Shown here in pieces: positions 49,209-59,598 of a stretch of 64,000 nucleotides of DNA. Positions within the stretch are counted from its first letter, which is position 1, and each line of letters begins with the position of its first letter. The translations under genes were made by a program, and so were the position numbers. The notes below the pieces were generated by a model. It saw only the letters and a list, made by a program, of their open reading frames with translations. It did not search any database and was not told the DNA's origin. This stretch comes from Planctomycetota bacterium (GTDB lineage: Bacteria; Planctomycetota; PLA2; JAEUHO01): positions 1,856,001 through 1,920,000 of the forward strand of contig CBDCTJ010000007.1 of the NCBI GenBank assembly GCA_965222115.1, given 5' to 3'.

Positions 49209-49622
49209 CTAGACGATGTATCCGTCGTCGATGTCGGCGGCGAACTCGTTGTCAACGAACGCCTCGACAAAGGCGTCGAAGAACGGCACGATGTAGTCAA
49301 AGTCAACGTCATAGCCGTAGGCTTCGGCGTCGTAAAAGTCCTCGTAGTAATCACCGAAGAACTTGACCTCGTCAAACGCCAAGGCGGGGACGAAGATGTC
49401 GCTATCCCAATCGTCGTAACCTGCAGGTGTAATCGCAAATTCGTCAATCAGGCCGGCGCCCACATTCGAGACATCAACGCCGCCAACGAGGTCGTCTTCG
49501 TAGTAGCCACCGCCACCGGCACCACAACCGGCGGTGAAAAGTAGCGTTGCGGCGAGCAAGGCGCTCGCGCCCAGCGAATAGAGGCGGTTTGTGCGGTTGG
49601 TTGAGAACGCGGAATACGTCAT
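49209..49622 (-). CDS. small highly acidic lipoprotein
   Basis: AGGAG RBS, lipobox TAGC; D/E/Y/F-rich; similar to 53268..53645. Confidence 0.72.
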   Translation of the reverse strand: MTYSAFSTNRTNRLYSLGASALLAATLLFTAGCGAGGGGYYEDDLVGGVDVSNVGAGLIDEFAITPAGYDDWDSDIFVPALAFDEVKFFGDYYEDFYDAEAYGYDVDFDYIVPFFDAFVEAFVDNEFAADIDDGYIV

Positions 49623-49811
49623 GTCAACTCCTGAGGGTCTTCCAAGCCCTTGCGGGCCGACTCTCAGATGGCAACCGGAGTGCCAAACGCATCTAAAAAT
49701 CTTAAGTCATTTGTTTTCAGCGACTTACATCGTTTCCTGTGCTGGCTGGCAATCTCGTGTGTCCCCTGCTGGACGCGCCAAGTGGCGCCCCGAGAGACAC
49801 CGCACCGCGAA

Positions 49812-50663
49812 CTACTTGCTGGGTGTAGTCGCGCCCATGAACTCGCCAAAGAAGCGCTCCGTTGCCTTCCAAGCTCTATCGGCAGCGGTTTTCGAGTAGG
49901 CCGCGCCCCTCGAGGGGTCGTCTCCTGCCGACCGGTCTGTAAAGGAGTGCACCGCGTCGCTGAGAATGAGAATCTGGTGGTCGGCCTTTGCCGCGCGCAT
50001 TTCCTTCCAGAAAGCGGTTAGCTCTTCCACTGGAACGAAGGGATCGTCTCCGCCATGGGCGACCAGGATGCGCGCCTTGACCGCATTGGCGGTGGCGGCT
50101 TTCCCTGTCTTGAGGCCTCCGTGAAAGCTCACCACGCCACCGATGTCGGCACCCGAGCGGGCGAGCTCGAGGACGGCAGTTCCGCCAAAGCAAAAGCCTA
50201 CCGCTGCGACGCGCTTGGGATCGACCCCCTTTTGCTTGAGCATTGTCTCTAGGCCCGCACCCACGCGACCTCGCATGAGTGGAGTGTCACTCTTGAATCT
50301 TCCAGCGAGCGCGGCGGCCTCTTTGTTGTTGGCGGCGTATACGCCCTTGCCGTACATGTCGGCCGCGAAGGCGATATATCCCTTCTTCGCCAGCATGGTC
50401 GCGTGATCTCGAACACCTTCTCCCTGTCCGCGCCACGCATGCACGAGCATGACCGCGCCACGTATGTGGTGGCCCTTCGCGGGTTGCGCCAAGAATCCCT
50501 GAAGTTTCGCGCCATCGTGTTCATAGGGAATGAACGTGGTGGTAATCGCAGTCTCGTTAGATGTGCCTTCTGCCGTCGCCGACCTGGCGGAAAGCCAGCC
50601 GAAAGCAAGGCCCACGGCGGTTAGCCCTAGTACGAGTGAGCTGATGAGGCGTTGATGTGTCAT
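49812..50663 (-). CDS. dienelactone hydrolase family protein, secreted
   Basis: GFCFGG, VSFHG, HG.DDP, HSFT; signal peptide. Confidence 0.92.
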   Translation of the reverse strand: MTHQRLISSLVLGLTAVGLAFGWLSARSATAEGTSNETAITTTFIPYEHDGAKLQGFLAQPAKGHHIRGAVMLVHAWRGQGEGVRDHATMLAKKGYIAFAADMYGKGVYAANNKEAAALAGRFKSDTPLMRGRVGAGLETMLKQKGVDPKRVAAVGFCFGGTAVLELARSGADIGGVVSFHGGLKTGKAATANAVKARILVAHGGDDPFVPVEELTAFWKEMRAAKADHQILILSDAVHSFTDRSAGDDPSRGAAYSKTAADRAWKATERFFGEFMGATTPSK

Positions 50664-50744
50664 GTGTGCTCCGTCACTGGCCCAAAATCGACAAGAGCCT
50701 CCGATATCTCGGAGGCTCTTGATCTTCGTGCAGCGGAATGCTGC

Positions 50745-51443
50745 TTATTGGCTGGAGATCTTCCGTAGCAAGTCATTGTCGGAGTCATCGCCGAGGAAGG
50801 GCTCTGGATTATCCGGGTCTTCCGGTACGGGCAACTCAAGTTCGTGCCAGGGCTTGAATGAGGCCGAACCATTGAGCGTTCCAACGATGATGCCATCGGG
50901 ATGATGGAGGGGGCCCTGGTCATCGTCCGTAATAACGTATTCCCCCTTTTGTAGTGCAGCGGGTGTTACACGCATGTCTGACTTTTCGCCGCGGCCATTT
51001 CGACGACCGGCGTAGCTTGTGTATTGCGAGTTGTCCTGATTCTGCTTAAGCGTGGCCAAAGTGATTCCCTTGTAGTACTCGGGGTCAATACGCTCAAATC
51101 CAAATTCCGTGTCACCGGGGCTGAACAACATTTGAAGCTGTTCTATGTTGTGAGGGTTGATCTTGTTCGTGGCCACCAGCGACATGATGAAGTTCTTGCC
51201 AGAGAATGGAGGCCACTTATTCGCGCGACCCGCGGAGTCGGCCATATAAAACGTGAGCATCGACTTGACGTTGTCGGACGACTTGGTCTGCGCCGCCTTT
51301 TCATTGATGGTGGGAATCACGACCACCACCATGCTCACGAGTACCGAGATGATGCCCATGACCACCAGGATCTCAATGAAGGAGAACCCTCGCTGAACGC
51401 GGGTTGCGGCATGGTTTGCGGATACGCCATTGAGCGTGTTCAT
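50745..51443 (-). CDS. type IV prepilin/pseudopilin-like protein
   Basis: RG|FSFIEILVVMGII class III signal; GAGGAG RBS. Confidence 0.88.
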   Translation of the reverse strand: MNTLNGVSANHAATRVQRGFSFIEILVVMGIISVLVSMVVVVIPTINEKAAQTKSSDNVKSMLTFYMADSAGRANKWPPFSGKNFIMSLVATNKINPHNIEQLQMLFSPGDTEFGFERIDPEYYKGITLATLKQNQDNSQYTSYAGRRNGRGEKSDMRVTPAALQKGEYVITDDDQGPLHHPDGIIVGTLNGSASFKPWHELELPVPEDPDNPEPFLGDDSDNDLLRKISSQ

Positions 51444-51760
51444 TTGTTCTCCTCAATAGAGAGATGGGCGTGGGGGGCTTGAGGCGTTTGCGCACGGCAA
51501 ACGGCTGGATAGGGTCCCATTGCGCTTGACTCCATCTTGCGCTGGGAATGAGCATCTATCAATCCCCGTGCCGACCATAGGCGGCGAGCATCCGAGAGAC
51601 AGCCCGAAGCAATGGGGCTCGAAGCCCCAGGCGTGCTGAAAATCCCGCGGATAATCCTGCTCCTGGTGGTTTCCCGATAACCAGTTTGTCGTGCTGATCA
51701 TGAGAACCGCAGCTGGCTCCGAAGGGCGACTTCCCGAAGGGCAACCATGCGAGTCGTTGG

Positions 51761-52930
51761 CTACGAGTGGCTAGCCGCTGCCGCTACGGCTTCCTTCAAG
51801 GCTTCCACCTTGTCGGTGGCCTCCCACGGGAGATGGGCGCGCCCAAAGTGACCGCCGGAGGCCGTGTCTTGATAGATGGGCCGGGTGAGATCCAGGTCAC
51901 GGATGATGCCGTTGGGCGTGAGACGAAACACCTTGCGAACGGCTTCCACCAGCACGTGATTGGGCACGGCTTCGCCTTCCCAGCTTTCGGCACGCACGCG
52001 CAGCGATACGGGTTCGGCGACACCGATTGCATACGCCAGTTGGACTTCGCAGGCATCGGCGAGTTCGGCTGCCACGATGTTCTTGGCTACGTAGCGCGCC
52101 ATGTAGCACGCGGAGCGGTCCACTTTGCTCGGGTCCTTACCACTGAAGGCGCCGCCGCCGTGCGGGGCCCAACCGCCATAGGTATCCACAATGATCTTGC
52201 GACCCGTCAGGCCGGTGTCGCCCTTGGGGCCACCAATGGTGAAGCTGCCGGTGGGATTGACGAGCAACCGCGTGCGACTGTCGAGCATCTCTTGGGGCAG
52301 TAGCGGGAAGAGGTGCTGCTTGATGTCTTCACGAATTTGCTCTTGGGAGGTGCCCACGGCGTGTTGCGTCGAAACCACCACGGTATCCAGTCGCATGGGT
52401 CGATCGTTGTCGTTGTATTCAACGGTGACTTGCGTCTTTCCATCGGGCAGTAGGTAATCGAGCGTGCCGTCTTGACGGAGACGCGTGAGTCCGCGCACCA
52501 ACTCATGGGCGAGGTGAATGGGCAGCGGCATGAGTACGTCGGTGTCGCGGCACGCGTAGCCAAACATGAGCCCTTGATCGCCTGCGCCTTGTTCTTCCGG
52601 CGAACTGCGATCCACCCCTTGTGCGATTTCGGGCGACTGCGCGCCCACCGTGACCATGACGCCCACGTCGTCGGCCGGGAAGCCCGCGCGGACGTCGTCG
52701 TAGCCGATGGATTTCATTGCGGTTCTCGCAACGGAAGCAATGTCTACGTTGGCATTGGCGCGAACTTCGCCGCCAATCAGGCAAAGACCATTGGTCACGT
52801 AAGTCTCTACGGCAACACGAGCACTTGGATCGGATGTGAGGTAGGCGTCGAGCACAGCGTCGCTAATGGTGTCGGCGAGCTTGTCGGGATGGCCGCACGT
52901 GACCGCTTCGGATGTAAAGAGAAATGACAT
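51761..52930 (-). CDS. metK: S-adenosylmethionine synthetase
   Basis: [53 protein letters not shown]. Confidence 0.98.
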   Translation of the reverse strand: MSFLFTSEAVTCGHPDKLADTISDAVLDAYLTSDPSARVAVETYVTNGLCLIGGEVRANANVDIASVARTAMKSIGYDDVRAGFPADDVGVMVTVGAQSPEIAQGVDRSSPEEQGAGDQGLMFGYACRDTDVLMPLPIHLAHELVRGLTRLRQDGTLDYLLPDGKTQVTVEYNDNDRPMRLDTVVVSTQHAVGTSQEQIREDIKQHLFPLLPQEMLDSRTRLLVNPTGSFTIGGPKGDTGLTGRKIIVDTYGGWAPHGGGAFSGKDPSKVDRSACYMARYVAKNIVAAELADACEVQLAYAIGVAEPVSLRVRAESWEGEAVPNHVLVEAVRKVFRLTPNGIIRDLDLTRPIYQDTASGGHFGRAHLPWEATDKVEALKEAVAAAASHS

Positions 52931-53267
52931 ATCCGCCTCCGCCGTTCTTATGGGGACTGCATTGATGGGGACTGAACGAGGGGCCTATCGAAAGAGTAAG
53001 GCGCCGCGGGCGGGATTCTGAACCCAGACGGGGACAGTGGCCTCATTTGCGAGATTCGCGCATGGGTCACGAACGGGTCGCCGCCATCACGCAAGTCGGC
53101 CAGCACGGTTCGTCCCGGTCGAAAAGCGCGGATTGGTCGGGTCCATACTGCCGAATTGGCGTTCGCCGAGAAATTCTCGATTCGGCGTCCCCTCGGTCAT
53201 GGGTACCCTTCGATGGTTCCCAGAGCGTTTCGATCCACCGGCAGATCGAGGATCGGAGAGTAGACCC

Positions 53268-53645
53268 ATGAAGATTGAATCCAAGACGAATAGCTTGCCT
53301 AACCGAGCACGCCTCCCACTCACGTTGGCAGCGATCTGTTTCGTTGGTGCGGCCCTCGTAGGCTGCGGCGGCGGCTACCGCGACTATGAAGGCGACATTT
53401 TTGTAGAGAACGCCACCGACCTCACAGCCCCCGACGACTTGATTTCATTCCAACTCGCGGCCGTTGGGGAGGGCTTTTCGCCGGACTTACTGAGTGCCGA
53501 CCTGCCACCCGGAACCAGCGAGTTCATCGGCACCTTCGATGAGGACTACTACTACGCCACGGGTGAACTCTTCGGCGGCGACATAATCGATTGGCCCGCC
53601 GACTACGTGGGCTACGAGCGCTCCACGGTCTTTGAAGCGCGATAA
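53268..53645 (+). CDS. small acidic lipoprotein
   Basis: GGAG upstream, lipobox LVGC; similar to 49209..49622. Confidence 0.72.
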   Translation: MKIESKTNSLPNRARLPLTLAAICFVGAALVGCGGGYRDYEGDIFVENATDLTAPDDLISFQLAAVGEGFSPDLLSADLPPGTSEFIGTFDEDYYYATGELFGGDIIDWPADYVGYERSTVFEAR

Positions 53646-53787
53646 CCGTTCGCTCACGAACAACCCGTAGTGCTTCGTTAGTCCTTCTTCTCGCATATGT
53701 GGGCTACGAGCGCTCCACGGTCTATGAAGCACGCTGACCGTTCGCTCACGAAGTACCCGTAGGGCTTCGTTAGTCCTTCTTCTCGCA
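53604..53787 (+). repeat. 92-bp tandem duplication of a gene 3' end plus downstream hairpin
   Basis: Copies at 53604-53695 and 53696-53787. Confidence 0.9.
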
Positions 53788-53952
53788 CGGGGCTCGGGTG
53801 CAGCCCGCATAAGGTTCGCCCGCGAGGCAGCTTCTTGCCTCGAAGGGGCCCCGGGCGGTATGTTTGGGGGCCGCTGCAGCCCGATGTGGCGTCGGAGCTC
53901 CTGCCATCGCGGACCAATTCGATCCGCGAGGGCCACAGAATAGGAACGGACT

Positions 53953-54726
53953 ATGACTCAGCTTTCGCGTTTCTTCGGCATACGGCAGATTGCCTTCGCT
54001 GCGATCCTCCTCGGCGCCCTGGTGATGGCAATCCCGGAGTCGTCTCACGCCAAGTTGAAAGAGGGGGAACGCTGGACCTATGACGTCGAGCACAGCCCAC
54101 TAAAGACCATTGGCGTTCGCGGTCGTGGCGGTGAGCGCATTGCCTACCACTACATGACGTTCAAGGTCACCAACAACACGGGGTTTGCCCGTGCGTGGTA
54201 CCCGCTGGTCATGGCGGTGACCGATACGAAGAAAACGACGATTGCGAGCGGCTTTACTGAGGCGCTAGATCCCATTCGACGCGTTGAGAAAAACGCCAAG
54301 CTTCAGCCCGTGGGACTCAAGTTGGGCAAGATCAAGAACGGTGAAACGCTTCATGTGGTGGCAATCTTCGGACCGCTGGATCCCCTCTATGACCGTGTGG
54401 ACATTCAGTTCTTTGGCTTGATCAACCCGATCACGGTGTTGGCCTACGATAAGTACGGCGACAAAGAGATCATCGCGGATGCCGCCTATCGTGCGCGCAA
54501 TGCCAAAGTCATGAAGTTGATCGAGAAAGAGGCCCGTCGCGCAGGCACCGACGTAGGCAAACCCGAGCGCGAGTATCGCGAGGTTAACGAAACCCGTTAC
54601 CTAAATATGCAGTATGAGCGTCTCGGCGACGAGTTCGGTGCCGACGACGATCTCATTCGCTTCCGCCGTGAAGGGTGGAAGGTTGACGGCGACCCCGAGG
54701 TGCTTCGCACCGTCAAGCTCGATTAG
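53953..54726 (+). CDS. secreted hypothetical protein
   Basis: Signal peptide (SHA|K), 257-aa ORF, AGGA upstream. Confidence 0.7.
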   Translation: MTQLSRFFGIRQIAFAAILLGALVMAIPESSHAKLKEGERWTYDVEHSPLKTIGVRGRGGERIAYHYMTFKVTNNTGFARAWYPLVMAVTDTKKTTIASGFTEALDPIRRVEKNAKLQPVGLKLGKIKNGETLHVVAIFGPLDPLYDRVDIQFFGLINPITVLAYDKYGDKEIIADAAYRARNAKVMKLIEKEARRAGTDVGKPEREYREVNETRYLNMQYERLGDEFGADDDLIRFRREGWKVDGDPEVLRTVKLD

Positions 54727-54730
54727 CAAG

Positions 54731-54782
54731 GGGTCGCGCGAGAGATTACGAGTCGCGCGAGAGATTACGGGTCGCGCGAGAG
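54731..54782. repeat. 19-bp tandem repeat x~2.7 including the dnaE stop codon
   Basis: g(g/a)gtcgcgcgagagattac at 54731 and 54750, partial copy at 54769. Confidence 0.88.
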
Positions 54783-57700
54783 GTAGCGCGCGGAAGAAAC
54801 GCTCGGCACAGCGTTTTCAATGGCTTCAAGGAGTCCAAGGTCTGCTTGGACGGACCAAGTGGCACCGGCACGCACACACGCCACTCGATTCGCGGTGGGC
54901 TGAAATTGAAGCACGACCGGGAGCGGGCCCGCGTGGGCCGTGAGTACGGATTCCAGCCGGTCCAAGGTCTCGTCTTCCGTCGTTTGAAGTTCGATGAGCA
55001 AGCCGCGGGCATAACTGCGACCTGCCTCCTCGATGGGAACCAATGAATCCACGCCCACGCTGATCTCATCGCGTGACGTATTAATGCGTCCTTCGAGCAC
55101 CACAACCAAGTCTTCCTGAAGAATGGGCTCCAGCTTCGCAAATGTATCGGCGAAACACACGCACTCAACGGTACCCATGAAGTCTTCGAGATTGAACGCC
55201 GCCATGCGACGCCCGGCGTTCTTGCCACGCGATACCGTCATGGTGCGGAGTTCACGGATCATGCCACCCAGTCGTACTTCTTGCCGGCTCATCGACTCGG
55301 TGAGATCCGTGGTGTTGCGCTGCACGATGGTGCGCAACTTTCGTTCGTGTTGTGCCAAAGGATGGTTGGTGGCGTAGTAGCCAATCGACTCCCGCTCCCA
55401 TTGCATCTTGTCTTTGGGTGACCACGGGGGTGTGTCGGGATAGGTCGCCTCCGGCGGCCTCGCATCTTCGCTTGGCTCCGCAAACAGATTGAACTGGCCC
55501 GACGCGCGATCCTCCGCCGCCGTAGAACCCAACGACAGCGCGCGAGGAATGACTACCGCAATCTGCGCGCGCGTTGCGCCCGTTTCGTCGAACGCGCCTG
55601 CCCGATTGAGCGCTTCAAGTGTGCTGCGATTCGCGCGACCGGGGTCCACCCGTTCACAGAGGTCAAAGATGCTGGCGTAGCCCTCATTGGGACGCGATGT
55701 GCGAATCGCCGTCGCCGCACTTCGGCCAACACTCTTAATGGCCGCCAGCCCATACCGGATGTTCTCGCCCTCCACCGCAAAGTCCTCGTTGGAACGGTTG
55801 ATATTGGGCGGCAACACGTCGATTCCCATGCGGCGCGCTTCACCGATGTACTGGGTGAGCTTGTCCATATCGCCCATTTCACATGTGAGTAGGGCGGCCA
55901 TGTACTGACGCGGAAAGTGACGCTTGAGGTAGGCGGTTTGATACGTGATGAGGCCATAGGCAACCGTATGGGCTTTGTTGAATCCATACGCCGCAAACTC
56001 TGCCAGTTGATCCCAAATGACCTGGGCCTCGTCGCGCGGCACGTTCGAAATCCGCTCGCAGCCCTCCAAAAACTTCTCATTGAACTTGGCCAGAATCTCG
56101 GGCTTTTTCTTGCCCATGGCTTTGCGCAAGTTGTCGGCATCCGACATGGGAAAGTCCGCCAGAATGCCCGCGATCTGCATCACCTGGTCCTGATACACCA
56201 CGACGCCGTAGGACTCTTTGAGCACCGGTTCGAGGGATGGATGCGGATAGGTCACCGGCGCGCGGCCATTCTTGCGCTCGATATACATGTCCATCATGCC
56301 GGAGTTCATGGGACCCGGTCGATAGAGCGCCAACACAGTGGAGAGGTCCTCAAATACGCTTGGGCGAATCTGCTTAAGAATCGAGCGCATGCCCGATCCC
56401 TCGACTTGAAAGACACCAAGTGCATCGCCGCGGCTGAGCATTTCAAAAGTGGGGGCGTCGTCGAGGGGGATGTCGTCGGGCTCGAGTACCACAAGGCCGT
56501 CGCGGCGAATGTACTCAACGGCCTTCGCGATAATCGTGAGCGTGCGCAGGCCCAAGAAGTCCATCTTCAACAAACCCACGTGGGGATCTTCCAAGAGATC
56601 CATCGACCACTGCGTGGCGTAGTCGTCGCCCACGCGATAGAGCGGTGCGTATTGTTCCAGCGGTCCGTCGGATACCACAACGCCCGCCGCGTGTTTGCCG
56701 GCGTGGCGCTTCATGCCTTCCAAGACTTTGGCCGCGTCCATGAGTTCACTGAACTGTTTGTTTTCCGCAATCATGGAACGAAGGTCGGCATCGCCTTCAA
56801 GGGCGCCACGTAGCGTGTCGCCCGGTCCATTGGGAATGCGTTTAGCAAGGCGATCTACATCGGATAGTTGCACTTCCATCACGCGGCCGATGTCGCGCAC
56901 TACAGCGCGTGCCGCCATACGTCCGAACGTAATGATCTGACTTACACACTCGGCGCCGCCGTATTTCTCCTGGACGTAGCGAATAACTTTTTCGCGTCCG
57001 TCTTTGCAGAAGTCAATGTCGATATCCGGCAGCGACACGCGATCGGGATTGAGAAAGCGCTCAAAGATCAAATCGTAGGCCAATGGATCTACATTGGTGA
57101 TGCCAAGGCAATAGGCCACGATCGATCCTGCGGCACTTCCTCGGCCGGGGCCCACGGGGATGTTGTTGCGCCGGGCATAGTCAACGAAGTCCCACGTAAT
57201 GAGGAAATAGGCGATATAGCCCATGTTCTCAATGACGCGCTGTTCCATGGCGAGGCGTTCGGTGACGGCGTCGGACAACGTCTCGCCATAGCGCTTGTGG
57301 GCGCCCTCTTTACAGAGCTTCATAAAATAGGAGCGCTCGTCGTGGCCTTCGGGTGGAACAAAGCGCGGGAGGTGCATACCCTGTGGCAGCTCAACATCGC
57401 AGCGGTTGGCAATGTCTACGGTGGCTTGCAGTGCATCCGGCAAGTCCTTGAACGTGTTCATCATGGCGTCGCGCGTGCAGAACGACACGTCGCCGCGATC
57501 CCGGAGGTTGTTGCTGTTGAGTGTGTAGTTCCAACGGATGCAACGGTGTATGGTGTTGGCGTGGGCGTGGTCCGGCGATGCATAGGCAATACCGCGTGTA
57601 GCCACCAACGGAACCTTCTCGTCGCGCGCGAGCTGTAGGAGCGTTTCGCTAATCTCGCGTTCACCGGCTGCACCGTTGCGCTGGATTTCTATGTAGTAGT

Positions 57701-58205
57701 CGTCTCCAAACAGATCGCGCATACGACCGACGGCGTGGCGGGCGCGATCGGGATCATTGCGATACGCGTAGTAGGCAGGCTCGCCGATTTGACAACCACT
57801 TAGCGCGATCAATCCCTCGCGATGCGACGCAAGGAGCTCCAAATCGAGTCGCGGAAAGTGATAGAACCCCTCGGTGAAGCTCTTGGTCGAGAGCTTAATG
57901 AGGTTGCGGTAGCCCGTTTCGCTGGTCGCCAACAAGTTGAGCTGATGACCGGCCACGGGATTGCGTTCGCGGTCCAGACGCGACTTGGGGGCCAGCCATG
58001 CACCGGTGCCGAGGATGGGCTTGATACCGGCTTGCCGGCACGCCTTATAGAACTCAATGACGCCGCAGAGGTTGCCGTGGTCCGTGATGGCCATGGCGGG
58101 CTGCTCGTCCTTCGCCGCCAGACTGACCAGATCCGGAATGCGGATCATGCCATCGAGCAAGCTGTAGTCGCTGTGGGTGTGAAGATGGACGAACGTTGAT
58201 CCCAT
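54765..58205 (-). CDS. dnaE: DNA polymerase III subunit alpha
   Basis: FVHLHTHSDYSLLDG, TDHG, GPGRGSAAGS, PDIDIDF, KMDFLGL, YGFNKAH; GGAGG RBS. Confidence 0.98.
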   Translation of the reverse strand: MGSTFVHLHTHSDYSLLDGMIRIPDLVSLAAKDEQPAMAITDHGNLCGVIEFYKACRQAGIKPILGTGAWLAPKSRLDRERNPVAGHQLNLLATSETGYRNLIKLSTKSFTEGFYHFPRLDLELLASHREGLIALSGCQIGEPAYYAYRNDPDRARHAVGRMRDLFGDDYYIEIQRNGAAGEREISETLLQLARDEKVPLVATRGIAYASPDHAHANTIHRCIRWNYTLNSNNLRDRGDVSFCTRDAMMNTFKDLPDALQATVDIANRCDVELPQGMHLPRFVPPEGHDERSYFMKLCKEGAHKRYGETLSDAVTERLAMEQRVIENMGYIAYFLITWDFVDYARRNNIPVGPGRGSAAGSIVAYCLGITNVDPLAYDLIFERFLNPDRVSLPDIDIDFCKDGREKVIRYVQEKYGGAECVSQIITFGRMAARAVVRDIGRVMEVQLSDVDRLAKRIPNGPGDTLRGALEGDADLRSMIAENKQFSELMDAAKVLEGMKRHAGKHAAGVVVSDGPLEQYAPLYRVGDDYATQWSMDLLEDPHVGLLKMDFLGLRTLTIIAKAVEYIRRDGLVVLEPDDIPLDDAPTFEMLSRGDALGVFQVEGSGMRSILKQIRPSVFEDLSTVLALYRPGPMNSGMMDMYIERKNGRAPVTYPHPSLEPVLKESYGVVVYQDQVMQIAGILADFPMSDADNLRKAMGKKKPEILAKFNEKFLEGCERISNVPRDEAQVIWDQLAEFAAYGFNKAHTVAYGLITYQTAYLKRHFPRQYMAALLTCEMGDMDKLTQYIGEARRMGIDVLPPNINRSNEDFAVEGENIRYGLAAIKSVGRSAATAIRTSRPNEGYASIFDLCERVDPGRANRSTLEALNRAGAFDETGATRAQIAVVIPRALSLGSTAAEDRASGQFNLFAEPSEDARPPEATYPDTPPWSPKDKMQWERESIGYYATNHPLAQHERKLRTIVQRNTTDLTESMSRQEVRLGGMIRELRTMTVSRGKNAGRRMAAFNLEDFMGTVECVCFADTFAKLEPILQEDLVVVLEGRINTSRDEISVGVDSLVPIEEAGRSYARGLLIELQTTEDETLDRLESVLTAHAGPLPVVLQFQPTANRVACVRAGATWSVQADLGLLEAIENAVPSVSSARYLSRDP

Positions 58206-58327
58206 GCGGTCGGGTCCTCCAAACAACACGTTACGCTCGACCACCCACGACCGCTTCCTGCGCCTCGCCCCAAACGACTGGCGCGGATTGACGCACGGGT
58301 GACGTTGGGCCTCTACGCTTTCGGCCT

Positions 58328-59314
58328 ATGTGTTCCCGGCTTTCCCACCACCGGATTCCCCTGCTCGCGATTGTTGCGGCGATGGCCTTCTTTGCATTGG
58401 CTGCGGGTGGGTGTAGCAGCAGTCCTACGGGCGATCGCGATGACAGCGACCGTTCGCGCGATCGCGCGGACCGCGATGACGATGGCCCCCGTCGGCGCTC
58501 CAATCGTAGAGATCGTCGTCGGCGCGATCGCGACGAGCGAGAACGCCCTCGCGAAGAACGCGATATGGGCGCCAAAGTCGGCGATCGCCGCGTCGTGCAA
58601 GGGAGCAAGCTCGGCGCCCGTGACATGGCCGCGTTCAAACGCGCATGGAAACTCTTCCTCGCCAAGTCGCCTCGTTGGGAAGACAGCCGCGACGACTGGC
58701 TCGAGCGCGGTGGCGCAGCGCCGTATGTGCTCTCTGAGAACTTGTTCCGCTACTTCTGGAGTGCTTCGCTGCACGGCAAGACCAAAGAGGTCGATCGTGT
58801 CGTCGAAAACGCCGCCATCATCGGTGAGCCCGCCGTGGCCTATTTCGCCAAGCCCCTTGCCACCGACAAAGTCGAGTTGCCGCGTCCGGTTGAAGTCGAA
58901 GAAGAAGATCCCGACGATCATCGAAAAATGCGCACGCGCACCATTCGTCACATGCAGATCGACGACACCACGCGACGCGATGCGGCGCGAGTACTTGTCG
59001 CCATTGGTCCGCCTGCGCTCGCTGAGTTGCAGCGTCCCGCCATATTGCGGCGCGGTCGTCCCGCAGCACGTCGCTATGCCGCCATTGCGATGGGCAAAAT
59101 CGGTACGCCCGAAGCCGTTGAGGTATTGACCGATCTCGTTCGCACGGAAGACGACTTCCAAATCCGCGCCGCAGCCGTGAAGGGTTTGGGCGCCGCATTG
59201 AAAAACAACGAATCGGCCCGCGCCCCCCTCGAAGAAGCCACGCGCGACAAAGACCGCTTTGTGCGCCGCAAGGCAGAAGAAGCGTTGGCCGGTAAGTCGA
59301 AGTTGCCCTTCTAA
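58328..59314 (+). CDS. HEAT-repeat lipoprotein
   Basis: Lipobox AGGC, R/D-rich linker, HEAT repeats (RRYAAIAMGKIG, IRAAAVKGLG, FVRRKAEEAL). Confidence 0.78.
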   Translation: MCSRLSHHRIPLLAIVAAMAFFALAAGGCSSSPTGDRDDSDRSRDRADRDDDGPRRRSNRRDRRRRDRDERERPREERDMGAKVGDRRVVQGSKLGARDMAAFKRAWKLFLAKSPRWEDSRDDWLERGGAAPYVLSENLFRYFWSASLHGKTKEVDRVVENAAIIGEPAVAYFAKPLATDKVELPRPVEVEEEDPDDHRKMRTRTIRHMQIDDTTRRDAARVLVAIGPPALAELQRPAILRRGRPAARRYAAIAMGKIGTPEAVEVLTDLVRTEDDFQIRAAAVKGLGAALKNNESARAPLEEATRDKDRFVRRKAEEALAGKSKLPF

Positions 59315-59598
59315 CTAGAGGTGGCTTCATAAGAGGATCCTGCTGCGTGCACAGATCCTCTTGCTACGAGCCGCGTCCGTTCAAAATTGGCTCCTCGACG
59401 TGAATGCAACATCGGAATCTGGCCACGCCTGCGGGCCCCAACCACTCGGCAGACGCGGCTTCGTCCATCGTCTCTCGCTGCGGTCTCTGCACACTCGCGA
59501 CGAACCCTTATGCAACCACCTCTACACATTCCGCCCGCCTCGTTCTCAACCAGTAATTGGTTCTTGTGTGCCCCAGAACCCGCACGCAGAATCCCGCC

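Noticed and set aside
53604-53787. DGR template/variable repeat pair
   Set aside because: Differences are not adenine-specific and there is no reverse transcriptase in the window.
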